A stretch of 64,000 nt of DNA. Source: an uncultured Fibrobacteria bacterium (GTDB taxonomy: Bacteria; Fibrobacterota; Fibrobacteria; UBA11236). Numbering within the stretch: position 1 is the first letter of the stretch; each line of letters begins with the position of its first letter. The notes below the pieces were generated by a model. The model worked only from the letters and a program-made list of their open reading frames with translations. It was not told the origin of the DNA and did no database searches. This document shows positions 51,406 to 62,979 of the stretch, piece by piece. The translations under genes were made by a program, and so were the position numbers. The stretch covers positions 3,616,001 to 3,680,000 of the forward strand of contig OY970309.1 in the NCBI GenBank assembly GCA_963716395.1, in the 5' to 3' direction.

Positions 51406-53121
51406 TCAGAACAGGTGATAACGCTGCGCCAGCGGCAGCACCCGGGCCGGCTCGCAAGTGAGCAATTCGCCGTCGGCATGCACGGCATAGGTTTCGGCGT
51501 CGACCGTGATTTCGGGCAGAGCGTCGTTCAGCCGCATGTTGCGTTTGCCCAGGTTGCGGCAATTTTTTACGGGCGTCACGTTTTTCCTCAATCCATAACG
51601 GGAGCGCACCAGCTCCTGCGACGCGGCGGAGACGAAGGCCAGGCTGCAGGCGCCGGCCGCCGCGCCCATGGCGCCGAACATGGGCCGCGAGTAATAAGGC
51701 TGCGGCGTGGGGATGGACGCATTGGGGTCGCCCATTTGCGCCTGCGCGATGATGCCGCCCTTGAGCACCAGCTCGGGGCGAATGCCGAAAAAGGCGGGTT
51801 TCCACAGCACGAGGTCGGCCCATTTGCCCGCTTCGATGGAACCGATTTCATGCGCCATGCCATGAGCCACGGCCGGATTGATGGTGTACTTGGCGAGATA
51901 GCGCTTGACGCGAAAATTGTCGGCGCCCGTGCCGCGATCGGCGTCCAGCGCGCCGCGCTGGGCGCGCATCTTATGCGCGGTTTGCCAGGTGCGGCACACC
52001 ACTTCGCCCACGCGGCCCATGGCCTGCGAATCCGAAGACATCATGGAAATGGCGCCGAGATCGTGGAGGATGTCTTCAGCGGCGATGGTTTCTCCGCGAA
52101 TGCGGCTCTCGGCAAAGGCCACGTCTTCGGGAATGCTGGGATCGAGATGGTGGCATACCATGAGCATGTCGAGATGTTCGGCCAAGGTGTTCACCGTGAA
52201 CGGCCGGGTGGGGTTGGTCGACGAGGGCAGCACGTTCGGCAAGCCGCAAACGCGGATGATATCGGGCGCATGGCCCCCGCCCGCGCCTTCGGTGTGGAAG
52301 GTATGGATGGTGCGGCCCTTGAACGCCGCGATGGTGGCCTCCACAAAGCCCGATTCGTTCAAAGTGTCGGTGTGGATGGCGACCTGGACGTCGTAGCGCT
52401 CGGCCACACCCAAACAGCAGTCGATGGCCGCCGGCGTCGTGCCCCAATCTTCGTGCAGCTTGAGCCCCACGGCGCCAGCCTGAATCTGTTCGTCCAGCCC
52501 TTCGGGCCGCGACGCGTTGCCCTTGCCGAGAAAGCCGAAATTCAGGGCATAGCGATCCGTGGCCGACAACATCATCTCGAGGTGCAAGGCGCCGGGCGTG
52601 CAGGTGGTGGCGTTAGTGCCGGTGGCCGGACCAGTTCCACCACCAATCATGGTGGTTATTCCCGAGGCCAGTGCTTCGTCGATTTGCTGCGGGCAGATGA
52701 AATGAATGTGGCTGTCGATACCGCCGGCCGTGAGGATCAGGCCTTCGCCGGCAATCACTTCGGTGGTGGCGCCCACGACCAGGTTCGGGTCGACGCCGTC
52801 CATAATGTGGGGATTGCCGGCCTTGCCGATGCCGTGGATGCGATGGTTTTTGACGCCCACATCGGCCTTGTAAATGCCGGTGTAGTCCACGATCAAGGCA
52901 TTGGTGATGAGCAGGTCCAGAGCCTGGGCCTGCGGCACGCCTGCAGCCTGCCCCATGCCGTCGCGCAGCACCTTGCCGCCCCCGAACTTGCACTCTTCAC
53001 CGTAACGCGTGGCGTCGCGTTCCACGGCGATCACCAAACCCGTGTCCCCCAACCGAACCCGGTCGCCGGTGGTGGGGCCGTACATGTCGTTATAGGCCCG
53101 CCGGCTGATTTCCAAACTCAT
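51406..53121 (-). CDS. ureC: Urease alpha subunit
   Basis: [45 protein letters not shown]. Confidence 0.97.
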   Translation of the reverse strand: MSLEISRRAYNDMYGPTTGDRVRLGDTGLVIAVERDATRYGEECKFGGGKVLRDGMGQAAGVPQAQALDLLITNALIVDYTGIYKADVGVKNHRIHGIGKAGNPHIMDGVDPNLVVGATTEVIAGEGLILTAGGIDSHIHFICPQQIDEALASGITTMIGGGTGPATGTNATTCTPGALHLEMMLSATDRYALNFGFLGKGNASRPEGLDEQIQAGAVGLKLHEDWGTTPAAIDCCLGVAERYDVQVAIHTDTLNESGFVEATIAAFKGRTIHTFHTEGAGGGHAPDIIRVCGLPNVLPSSTNPTRPFTVNTLAEHLDMLMVCHHLDPSIPEDVAFAESRIRGETIAAEDILHDLGAISMMSSDSQAMGRVGEVVCRTWQTAHKMRAQRGALDADRGTGADNFRVKRYLAKYTINPAVAHGMAHEIGSIEAGKWADLVLWKPAFFGIRPELVLKGGIIAQAQMGDPNASIPTPQPYYSRPMFGAMGAAAGACSLAFVSAASQELVRSRYGLRKNVTPVKNCRNLGKRNMRLNDALPEITVDAETYAVHADGELLTCEPARVLPLAQRYHLF

Positions 53122-53900
53122 GCTGACGCCTCCGCATTCAGGAATCCCCGCTCTTGCGCGCGCCGCAAAGCGGCCTCGGTATTGAGGCCGTCGACCGCGC
53201 CCATGATCAAGCCGCTGCCGCCGTAAACTTTGCGCTCGCCGCCCAGCGCGATCAGGCGCACGCTTTTGCGCTCGCCCGGCTCAAAGCGCACGGCCGTGCC
53301 GCTGGGAATGTCGAGACGAAACCCGAGCGCGCGGGCGCGATCGAATTTCAAGGCGGCGTTGGTTTCAAACAGAGGATAATGCGACCCGACTTGAATGGGC
53401 CGGTTGCCGAGATTGATCACCTCGAGGGTGATGGTTTCGCCGCCGGCATTGAGCGCCACTTGGCCTTCCAGCACGGTGACGGCGCCGGGCTCCTCGATTT
53501 CTTCGACGGTATCCGCCGGCGCCTCGTCGGGTACCGGCACCGCGGCCGATAGGGAAAGACCCGAGCCGTACAGCGCCAGGTCGAGGGGACAGGCGTCGAG
53601 ACAAATGGGCGCATGTACGGTCACCAGTTTGGTGCCGTCGGGAAAGGTGCCTTCGACCTGCACTTCGTCCACCATTTCGGGAACTCCCGGCATGACCTGG
53701 GCGCGGCCCAACAACCTTTTTCCCGTGTCCATCAAGGTCGCGACATCTTTTCCGTCGCGAATGAATTCGAGCAATTGTGCAGCGATCAATGCTACGGCTT
53801 CGGGATAGTTCAGGCGCACCCCGCGCCACAAACGCTTTTGGGCCAGAAAGCCCGCACCGTGCAGCAGAAGTTTATCGATGTCTCTGGGCGATAGCCGCAT
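53118..53900 (-). CDS. ureAB: Fused urease gamma/beta subunit
   Basis: [22 protein letters not shown] (gamma); [23 protein letters not shown] (beta). Confidence 0.93.
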   Translation of the reverse strand: MRLSPRDIDKLLLHGAGFLAQKRLWRGVRLNYPEAVALIAAQLLEFIRDGKDVATLMDTGKRLLGRAQVMPGVPEMVDEVQVEGTFPDGTKLVTVHAPICLDACPLDLALYGSGLSLSAAVPVPDEAPADTVEEIEEPGAVTVLEGQVALNAGGETITLEVINLGNRPIQVGSHYPLFETNAALKFDRARALGFRLDIPSGTAVRFEPGERKSVRLIALGGERKVYGGSGLIMGAVDGLNTEAALRRAQERGFLNAEASA

Positions 53901-53929
53901 GCAACCCCCTTTTTGTCTTCAGAAAGTCT

Positions 53930-54754
53930 TCAGTACTTCCGTTTCCAAGGATCAAAATCCAGCCAATCCGATCCGCCAACCGCGGCAAAGACCGCGGCTG
54001 CGAGTGGATCCAAGGCCGTGCGATCCGCGCCTAAGGCGCGCACCGAGAATCCCAGGCCCGGGCGCATGCCGAGACCGGCCAGCACACCCCCGGTATTCCA
54101 TTTGTCTTTCATCCACGCCTGCATGCTCACGCCGAGGTTTTCGACCCCTGGCCCCAACACGTGCACGGTGAAATAAGAGGCGAAACCGCCCCATCCCCGG
54201 TCGGCCGAATCCCTGGCATTCAATTGCATCCGATCCAAGAGCAGCGGCTTTCCGTCGACATCCGTGACCTTGGTTTCCAATCGGCATTCCTCGAAGGCGA
54301 ACCTTTCGCCACGTTCCAAACGACCGGCCACCAGCCATTCCATCAACAACAAACGGCCGCCCGGGTGCAAAACCCAGTGCTGACTTTGGGCATAGCGGGA
54401 ACCGGCATATAAAACCACCGGGTCTCCGCCGGACGCGACCAATGCCCCAGGAAAAACCGTGCCACGCATGCATTGCTTCGTGATCTCTCCTTTGGGACAG
54501 GGAAAGATACGCGTATTCGATTGGGGCAATAGCGCCAGCCGGGCTTCCGGCCCGCAATCCACTGTATAGTGAAAGTCGTCCCCTTCCAGCAGCCCCCCTC
54601 CAAAAGTGGTAATAAACACCAAGGCGGAATCACCCGCATTAGCCTGAACCAATCGCACCGGGGGTCGGGCTAAGCACTGCGAAATAATGGTTCTTTTCCC
54701 AATCCTGCGCGCGGCCAAGATATTTTCGGAATTTCTCCGAATCGCAGTTAACAC
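53930..54754 (-). CDS. ureD: Urease accessory protein UreD
   Basis: GGGLLEGD, AGR..RGERF, C-terminal WKRKY; head of ure operon. Confidence 0.82.
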   Translation of the reverse strand: MLTAIRRNSENILAARRIGKRTIISQCLARPPVRLVQANAGDSALVFITTFGGGLLEGDDFHYTVDCGPEARLALLPQSNTRIFPCPKGEITKQCMRGTVFPGALVASGGDPVVLYAGSRYAQSQHWVLHPGGRLLLMEWLVAGRLERGERFAFEECRLETKVTDVDGKPLLLDRMQLNARDSADRGWGGFASYFTVHVLGPGVENLGVSMQAWMKDKWNTGGVLAGLGMRPGLGFSVRALGADRTALDPLAAAVFAAVGGSDWLDFDPWKRKY

Positions 54755-54955
54755 TTTAACAACCTTGCGTTACATATCCGCACAAATATCAACTTTTTGC
54801 CTTTCTGCTACGAATTGGAACGCCGTTCTGGGATGCATTTTCGGGGTGAATGAACCTTTGAAAGACCCATTCGCAGAATCCGATCCTAAGATATACCCGA
54901 AAAATGGGCAAAGCCGATTTGATCTCCGCATTCGGCAAAAGCGAAAACCTGACCA

Positions 54956-54971
54956 TGGCACCTTAATTGCT
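54956..54971 (+). promoter_or_regulatory. Sigma54 -24/-12 promoter for urtABCDE
   Basis: TGGCAC-CTTAA-TTGCT, consensus match ~70 nt upstream of urtA. Confidence 0.78.
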
Positions 54972-55038
54972 TTTCGGTTTCATGCTCAAGCCTTGCTGAT
55001 GCACGGTATTCAAAGCAAACCAAATAAAAGGAGATCGC

Positions 55039-56331
55039 ATGAAGACGACGATAGACGGTATGCGCAAGTGGGCGGCGCTAGGATTGGCCGCAGCCACCCT
55101 GGCAATGCCGAAGGCCCTGCGGGCCGATGATGCCAACACGGTGAAGGTGGGAATCCTTCACTCCTTGAGCGGAACCATGGCTATTTCGGAAGTGTCACTG
55201 AAAGACGTCGACGAAATGGCCATCGATGAGATTAACGCCAAGGGCGGTGTGAACGGAAAGAAAATCGTACCCGTCGTGGTCGACCCGGCGTCAAACTGGG
55301 ATCTCTTCGCGGAAAAGGCCAAGGAACTGCTGTTGCAGGATCACGTATCCGCCGTATTCGGTTGCTGGACCTCGGTGTCGCGCAAATCCGTGCTGCCCGT
55401 GTTCGAACAGAATGACGGCCTGCTTTTCTACCCGGTGCAATACGAAGGCGAGGAATGCTCGAACAACGTATTCTACACCGGCGCCACGCCCAACCAACAA
55501 TTGATTCCCGCGGCCGAATACATGATGAGCAAGGAAGGCGGCGGCTACAAAAAGTTCTTTCTGCTGGGAACCGATTACGTCTTTCCGCGCACGGCCAATA
55601 AAATCCTCAAGGCCTTCTTGCTGGCCAAAGGTGTTCCCGCCGAGAATATCATGGAAGAGTATACCCCGTTCCACCAGCAGGATTACCAGACCATCGTGCA
55701 GAAGATCAAGGCCTTCGCCGCCGGCGGCAAAGCCTGCGTGCTTTCGACCATCAACGGTGATTCGAACGTTCCCTTCTATAAGGAATTCGCCGCGCAGGGT
55801 CTGACCTCCGCCACGTGCCCCATCATGGCTTTTTCGGTGGCCGAAGACGAATTGCGCGCCATGGACACGAAGTATCTGGTAGGCCATTTGGCGTGCTGGA
55901 ATTATTTCCAGAGCGTCAAGAACGCCCACAACGCAAAATTCGTCAAAGACTTCAAGGCCTATTGCGCCAAGAACAATCTGCCTGGTGGGGCGGATCGCGT
56001 CACCGACGATCCGATTGAAGCCGCTTACATCAGCGTGAACCTGTGGGCCAAGGCCGCGGCCAAAGCCAAGTCATTCGACGTCGACAAGGTACGCAAAGCG
56101 CTTTACAACATGAAGTTCGAGGCGCCCGACGGCTACGATGTCATGGTCGACTGCTGCAACGACCACTTGCACAAGCCGGTGATGATCGGCGAAATCCAGA
56201 AAGACGGGCAGTTCAAGATCGTGTGGCATACCCCCGGCCTGGTGGCGCCCGAGCCTTGGTCGAAGTACACCGATCCGGACAAGGGTTGCGATCATATCCA
56301 CCACGACGGAACCTATACCAAGACCCCTTAA
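55039..56331 (+). CDS. urtA: Urea ABC transporter substrate-binding protein
   Basis: VGILHSLSGTMAISE, FGCWTSVSRKSVLP, YPVQYEG, GTDYVFPRT, TINGDSN. Confidence 0.95.
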   Translation: MKTTIDGMRKWAALGLAAATLAMPKALRADDANTVKVGILHSLSGTMAISEVSLKDVDEMAIDEINAKGGVNGKKIVPVVVDPASNWDLFAEKAKELLLQDHVSAVFGCWTSVSRKSVLPVFEQNDGLLFYPVQYEGEECSNNVFYTGATPNQQLIPAAEYMMSKEGGGYKKFFLLGTDYVFPRTANKILKAFLLAKGVPAENIMEEYTPFHQQDYQTIVQKIKAFAAGGKACVLSTINGDSNVPFYKEFAAQGLTSATCPIMAFSVAEDELRAMDTKYLVGHLACWNYFQSVKNAHNAKFVKDFKAYCAKNNLPGGADRVTDDPIEAAYISVNLWAKAAAKAKSFDVDKVRKALYNMKFEAPDGYDVMVDCCNDHLHKPVMIGEIQKDGQFKIVWHTPGLVAPEPWSKYTDPDKGCDHIHHDGTYTKTP

Positions 56332-56345
56332 TACTTCGACTCCCG

Positions 56346-56373
56346 TCCCCGCCTCCGTAACCGGAGGCGGGGA
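56346..56373 (+). terminator. Intergenic stem-loop after urtA (terminator or mRNA stabiliser)
   Basis: TCCCCGCCTCCG-TAAC-CGGAGGCGGGGA, 12-bp stem followed by a short U tract. Confidence 0.6.
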
Positions 56374-56396
56374 TTTGTTCCCGCACGAGGAGAATC

Positions 56397-58067
56397 ATGT
56401 TTCGGTTCCGATTAGCCGGATCCATCTTGACATTGGGATGTTTGACTTGGTTTCTCGGCCCCGCGCAGGCGGCCGAATCGACGGACACCCTCACGCTTTG
56501 CCTGGACTCCCTGGCGCACAGCGATTCCGCGAAAACCACGGCGCTGCAATGCCTGATCGCATCGGGGAACGACAGCTTGAAAAGTTTGTACCAGAATTTG
56601 TTCATGGGAAACGTGTACATCGCCAACTTGCCCGGAAGCCCGGGAGCGCTCGTGATTCCCGATTCCGAAACCGAAGGCGCCGACACGTTGACCGTACATC
56701 GGGCCTGGCCGTACACCGCCGTATTGGGGACCGATGGCAAAGCGCTGCGCTTCCCCTCCGACTCCCTGACCACGCTCGATGTGGATCGCGAGATGCGGGG
56801 CATGCTGCAACCCGTGCTGACCGCGATGGATTTGAAAAATCCGGATCGCAGCAAGCGCCTCGACGCTGCCACGAATATCGGCGAAAGCGCCGACACGACG
56901 CAATTGCCCGCCTTAGTCGCGGCCTTGCGCCGTGAATCCGACTCCAAGGTGATCCGGGCCCTTAAGGTTTCCATCGCCACCCTCAAATTGTTTTCGACCG
57001 ATCCCCAACTGCGCGCCGAAGCGGCCGAACAGCTCGGGTACCTGCGCGCCAGCAACGCCCTGCCGGAGATGAAATCACTGCTCGACACCACTTCCGGCGA
57101 AAAGGATCCGACGGTTCGCAAAGCCCTTTCGGCCGCGGTCAATGCCATCCAGAGTTGGAACGACGCCATGAAGGTGGTGCAGAATGTGTTCACCGGCCTC
57201 AGTCTGGGTTCCATTCTGATCCTGATGGCCCTGGGGCTTTCGGTGATTTTCGGCTTGATGGGCGTCATCAACATGGCGCATGGAGAATTCATGATGATCG
57301 GCGCCTATGCCACGTATCTGGTGCAGAATATTTTCCGGGCCAAATTTCCCGGCGTCTTCGACTGGTTTCTGCTCGTTTCCTTCCCCTGCGCATTTTTGGT
57401 CGCAGGTGGAGTGGGGATGCTGGTGGAAGCCACCATTATCAAACGCTTGTACGGCCGACCCTTGGAAACCCTGCTGGCCACCTGGGGATTGAGCCTCCTA
57501 TTCATCCAAACCGCACGCAGCCTGTTCGGCGATTTGACGGCGGTGAGCACGCCCGCCCTGCTCAGCGGTGGCTGGGAAATATTTCCCCAAGTGGTACTTC
57601 CCTACAACCGCCTCTTCATCATCGCCTTGACGATCGCGGTGGTGGCGGGCATGTCGGCGCTGTTTTACGCCACGCCCATCGGAACCACCATTCGCGCCGT
57701 CACCCAAAACCGATCCATGAGCGCCTGCCTGGGCGTGCGTACCCGGCGCGTGGACTGTCTCACCTTCGGCCTGGGAGCGGGCATCGCCGGCATCGCGGGC
57801 TGTGCGCTCACCCAAATCGGCAACGTCGATCCAGGCATGGGCCAGAACTACATCGTCGATTCGTTTATGGTGGTGGTGGCGGGCGGCGTGGGCAAACTGG
57901 CCGGCACCGTGATCGCGGGTCTCGGCATCGGATCCCTCAATAAAATACTCGAACCCTTTTTCCAAACCGTTTATGCCAAGGTGATTCTGCTGGGATTGGT
58001 GATCCTGTTTCTACAACGCCGGCCCTCCGGCTTGTTCCCCGCCAAAGGCCGCAATGAAGACACCTGA
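56397..58067 (+). CDS. urtB: Urea ABC transporter permease with N-terminal periplasmic HEAT-like domain
   Basis: GLMGVINMAHGEF, LYGRPLETLLATWG, IVDSFMVVV.GGVG, RPSGLFP. Confidence 0.92.
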   Translation: MFRFRLAGSILTLGCLTWFLGPAQAAESTDTLTLCLDSLAHSDSAKTTALQCLIASGNDSLKSLYQNLFMGNVYIANLPGSPGALVIPDSETEGADTLTVHRAWPYTAVLGTDGKALRFPSDSLTTLDVDREMRGMLQPVLTAMDLKNPDRSKRLDAATNIGESADTTQLPALVAALRRESDSKVIRALKVSIATLKLFSTDPQLRAEAAEQLGYLRASNALPEMKSLLDTTSGEKDPTVRKALSAAVNAIQSWNDAMKVVQNVFTGLSLGSILILMALGLSVIFGLMGVINMAHGEFMMIGAYATYLVQNIFRAKFPGVFDWFLLVSFPCAFLVAGGVGMLVEATIIKRLYGRPLETLLATWGLSLLFIQTARSLFGDLTAVSTPALLSGGWEIFPQVVLPYNRLFIIALTIAVVAGMSALFYATPIGTTIRAVTQNRSMSACLGVRTRRVDCLTFGLGAGIAGIAGCALTQIGNVDPGMGQNYIVDSFMVVVAGGVGKLAGTVIAGLGIGSLNKILEPFFQTVYAKVILLGLVILFLQRRPSGLFPAKGRNEDT

Positions 58068-59139
58068 AGCTTCGCTGTTCCGCCGGGATTTATCGGGATG
58101 GATTCTGGCCGCGTTGTTGGTCGCCGCCATACCGCTGCTCAATATCACGGGCGTGGTTTCGGATCTGCAATTGACCTTACTGGGGCGCTATCTGTGCTTC
58201 GCCATCGCTGCATTGGGCATTGATTTGATTTGGGGCTATACCGGAATTCTCTCCTTGTGCCAGTCCTTTTTCTTTTGCCTGGGCGGCTATTGCATCGGCA
58301 TGTACATGCTGCTGAAAACCGGTACCCAAGGCGATTACGGCAGCGCCTTGCCCGATTTCATGGTTTGGAACGGCGTCAAAAAACTGCCGTGGTTCTGGCA
58401 CCCCTTTCACCACTTCCTCCCCGCCATCGCCTTCGGCATGGCCGTTCCCGTGGCGGCCGCCCTGGTGTTCGGCTACTTTTCTTTCCGCAGCCGCATCAAA
58501 GGGGTTTACTTCAGCATCATCTCGCAAGCTCTGGCCTTGGCCATGTGGCTGGTCTTTCTGCGCAACGAGACCATGCTGGGCGGAACCAACGGCCTCACCG
58601 ATTTCAAAACCATTCTCGGCTTCTCGTTGGCCCGCGAGGGAACGAAACGCGGCCTCTATCTGTGCAGCGCCGTCATGCTGGTGCTGCTGTATTTCGCCAG
58701 CCGCTATGCCATGCGCTCCAAGCTGGGGAAAATCCTGGTGGCCATCCGCGACAGCGAAACCCGCGTGCGCTTCACCGGGATTCCCGTGGCGCAATACAAG
58801 ATTTTCGCCTTTTGCGTGGCGGCGCTTCTGGCCGGCATCGGCGGCATGCTGTATGTGCCCCAAACCGGCATCATCACGCCGGGGCGCATGGACGTGCGCG
58901 CCTCGTTGGAAATGGTGGTGTGGGTGGCGGCCGGAGGTCGCGGCACCTTGCTGGGCCCTATTCTCGGCGCGGTAGGCATTAACCTGCTCTACAGCTATCT
59001 CACCAACCATTTACCGGGATTGTGGCTGTATGTGCTCGGCGGACTTTTCATCATCGTGGTGCTGTTTCTGCCGCGCGGATTCGTGGGCGCCTTTGAATCC
59101 GCGTATGCGGCCTGGCGGCGCAGAAAGCCGGCGGCATGA
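58054..59139 (+). CDS. urtC: Urea ABC transporter permease
   Basis: DLIWGYTGILSL, LPDFM, FRSRIKGVYFSI, GGTNGLTDF, GGRGTL. Confidence 0.93.
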   Translation: MKTPEASLFRRDLSGWILAALLVAAIPLLNITGVVSDLQLTLLGRYLCFAIAALGIDLIWGYTGILSLCQSFFFCLGGYCIGMYMLLKTGTQGDYGSALPDFMVWNGVKKLPWFWHPFHHFLPAIAFGMAVPVAAALVFGYFSFRSRIKGVYFSIISQALALAMWLVFLRNETMLGGTNGLTDFKTILGFSLAREGTKRGLYLCSAVMLVLLYFASRYAMRSKLGKILVAIRDSETRVRFTGIPVAQYKIFAFCVAALLAGIGGMLYVPQTGIITPGRMDVRASLEMVVWVAAGGRGTLLGPILGAVGINLLYSYLTNHLPGLWLYVLGGLFIIVVLFLPRGFVGAFESAYAAWRRRKPAA

Positions 59140-59898
59140 GCGAGCGCCTATTGTATGTCGAGGATTTATCGGTGTCGTTCGACGGTTTCAAAGCTCTTAA
59201 TATCACGTATTTCTCCGTCGATGCGCAGGAATTACGCGTGGTCATCGGCCCCAACGGCGCCGGTAAAACCACCTTCATGGACGTGCTCTGCGGAAAAACC
59301 AAACCCGATACCGGCATCGCCATGCTGCGCGACACCGACCTCACCAAACTCGACGAAAAATCCATCGTCGATTTGGGCGTGGGCCGGAAATTCCAAACCC
59401 CATCGGTTTTCGGCAGTCTCACCGTGTTTGAAAATCTGCTGTTGGCTCTCAAAACCGATCGCGGAATTTTTCGTTCGCTATTCGGGCATTTGCAAAAACC
59501 CGAGGCGGATAAAATTCATTCCGTGGCCGACACGGTGGGTCTTTACCAGCAGTTGCATAACCCGGCCGGTGCGCTTTCACATGGCCAAAAACAATGGCTC
59601 GAAATCGGCATGTTGTTGGTGATGAATCCGGATCTGCTCCTGATCGACGAGCCCGCCGCCGGCATGTCCGACGAAGAAACGGCGAAAACCGGCAGGCTGC
59701 TGTTGGAATTGGCCCAGACCCGCTCGGTGATCGTCATCGAGCATGACATGGAATTCGTGCGCCAACTGGAACGCAAGGTGACGGTATTATGCGAGGGAAA
59801 GGTTTTGACTGAAGGCCCGTTGGAGAAGGTGCAGAACGATCCGGTGGTCATCGAACAATACCTCGGCCGCGCGCGGGAGAAATCCAAAGGCGACGCCC

Positions 59899-59906
<8 letters not shown>
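59136..59906 (+). CDS. urtD: Urea ABC transporter ATP-binding protein
   Basis: VSFDGFKAL, GPNGAGKT, RKFQTP, LSHGQKQWLEIGM. Confidence 0.93.
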
Positions 59907-60995
<1,089 letters not shown>

Positions 60996-61000
60996 TCAGA

Positions 61001-62065
61001 TTAGAAATTGGCGATGAGATCGCCAGCAACTTCCATCTGATTTCCGGTAGCATTATTGTTGCTATCGATAAAGACATCTTTGCTGCCGAAATCGATGCGA
61101 TATTCCGCGCGTGCCGTGAGGGTTTTAGTCAACCAAAAAGTCGGGGCCAAGGTCACGTTTTGCAGGTAGAGGGTGTTGACGCCGTTATCCTGGGAATACA
61201 GTTCGTAACGCAACCCCACGCCGAACATGGAGTTGACGTGGACCAGCGGCTGGACTCCGACTCCCCACCAGGTGGCATCGTCGCCGTTAAAGCCCTCTTT
61301 CTGCTCTACGCCGTAATTTCCCTGGAAATTCAAGTCCACCATATTGATGGCGTGGGAAATTCCGGTGATGTCATAGCTCATCTTCACGTGGCTAAGGTCG
61401 CCGCCTTGACCGGTGGCCCGTTCGGGGCCCATTAAGCCGGAAATTGTCAAGGCCAACGGGTTTCCGAAATTCAATCCCAATTTGACGAGACCCGTGGGAA
61501 CCACGTTGACATCCGTCATTTGATCCCAACCGTTGACCACCCCCAGGTGAAAGTCCCACATGCTGGAGGAATACGAAACCTCAAGGCCGGTGTGGGTGAA
61601 CGGTTCGGCCATTCCGAACAGAAAACCCCGGGTGATTTCGGGATTGGCGCCGCCCGGAATCACTTCAATGCCTTCATAGGTCGCGTATTTTCCGGCTTTG
61701 ATTCCCCAGGCTTTGGCGGGACCAAAGGTATAAGTCAAATACGCCTGTTCCAGGTCGAAAACGTTGCCATTCGACGAGGCGTCCAGCGCCGCATCCGTGC
61801 CCAGATCGGTTTGTACGTCATAACCGACGCCCGTGGCGGTGTCCGAACCGCTCATATCAACGTGGGCATTGTTGAGCAAGAAGGTTTTGGTATGCGCATC
61901 GTAGCTATGGAAGCGATTGTTCATACTGTCCGAGGGTATGGTCAAATTGTAGTTGTAGCTGGCTTCCACCGATCCGGAAATCGTAGGCGCGCTCTGCGCC
62001 AAGCCGACCCCTGCCGCACAAACGGCAATTGAACAAAAACCCGTAATTCTATGGATGTTTTGCAT
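61001..62065 (-). CDS. Putative outer-membrane beta-barrel porin (BBP2-like)
   Basis: Signal peptide; ISGSVEASYNYN, LEQAYL, AGK..T..G.EVI, PFTHTG, VVNGWD, RAEYRID, C-terminal Phe. Confidence 0.8.
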   Translation of the reverse strand: MQNIHRITGFCSIAVCAAGVGLAQSAPTISGSVEASYNYNLTIPSDSMNNRFHSYDAHTKTFLLNNAHVDMSGSDTATGVGYDVQTDLGTDAALDASSNGNVFDLEQAYLTYTFGPAKAWGIKAGKYATYEGIEVIPGGANPEITRGFLFGMAEPFTHTGLEVSYSSSMWDFHLGVVNGWDQMTDVNVVPTGLVKLGLNFGNPLALTISGLMGPERATGQGGDLSHVKMSYDITGISHAINMVDLNFQGNYGVEQKEGFNGDDATWWGVGVQPLVHVNSMFGVGLRYELYSQDNGVNTLYLQNVTLAPTFWLTKTLTARAEYRIDFGSKDVFIDSNNNATGNQMEVAGDLIANF

Positions 62066-62438
62066 GCTCCGTCCTTTCGAAGTGTTTTTATACCCGTTTC
62101 CGAACATGGAATTTTTTTGGAAACCTCATGCTCGAAACAAGACTGAAACAAAAATGTCTTTTGTTCGTAACCCTGCCAACAATTAGGGTTAAAATTTGGT
62201 TAGAAAGCGGGTTAAAATTGAAAGAGCGCGCATATTTGACAGCCAAAATTACAATTATTAGCAACGATGAATTATTAAGATTTATAGTTCAGTACATTTT
62301 TCTGATTTGATCTTTTCGACTTGAATTTAGGCCGGCTCGGATTTCCAAGAATGACTTTGGACACCGCAGCTTAAGCGTTTCGTCTCCCTGCGAAGCGCAT
62401 GGATCTCGGTACTGGCACCTGACAAATCTAGGCGAATA

Positions 62439-62786
62439 CTACGACGCTGACCCGGAAATCCGGCTGAGAAAGGTCTGCCAGGAATTGCCCTGGGTCGAGG
62501 GATCATTTCCGGTCCATTCCACCGTGAACGGAGCGGACGATTTCGGGACTTGGACGGTGGAATTTTTTTCGGTATTCGCCCCGGAATCCAAACTATTGGC
62601 TGTTTGGCCCAACTTTTCGATGAGGGAATCGGAAAGCACGAAATCGCTGGAATTTTTCACACCATTACTGCGAAGCGACTTGGCAAAGTCAGCCATCGAT
62701 TGCGTTTGGACTCCGGCCGCCTTTCCATAGAGGCGAATCGGGTTCACCCACGAATCCGAGACGCTGAGTAATCCTTCCATTGCCAT
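62439..62786 (-). CDS. Hypothetical protein
   Basis: ORF with AAGGA RBS before ATG 62786 and a sigma28-like promoter upstream. Confidence 0.5.
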   Translation of the reverse strand: MAMEGLLSVSDSWVNPIRLYGKAAGVQTQSMADFAKSLRSNGVKNSSDFVLSDSLIEKLGQTANSLDSGANTEKNSTVQVPKSSAPFTVEWTGNDPSTQGNSWQTFLSRISGSAS

Positions 62787-62834
62787 CGGCGGCTTCCTTG
62801 TCCTTCCTTCCGGGTGCAAACCGGGCTATTCCTT

Positions 62835-62861
62835 TTATCGGAAGACGGCTGAAGGACTTGA
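62835..62861 (-). promoter_or_regulatory. Sigma28 (FliA)-like promoter
   Basis: TCAAG-N14-TCCGATAA. Confidence 0.45.
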
Positions 62862-62979
62862 CTCAAATTTTTAGGTGCGCGAGCACTAAAGAAATCAACA
62901 CCCCAAAGGAATGAAATGCGGAATTCCGATTCCGTAAGACTATCTGCGATGATGATCGCCGGGAAAAAACCGCTAGGGG

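Noticed and set aside
51383-51823. N-terminal extension of UreF in the ORF track
   Set aside because: Off-frame overlap with the ureC 3' end; a GAGG RBS supports the start at 51382
51376-53226. 616-aa ORF antisense to ureC
   Set aside because: Antisense shadow of a conserved, codon-biased gene; no motifs
62160-62185. TGGCAG upstream of the second porin as a sigma54 site
   Set aside because: No TTGC-like -12 element at the required spacing
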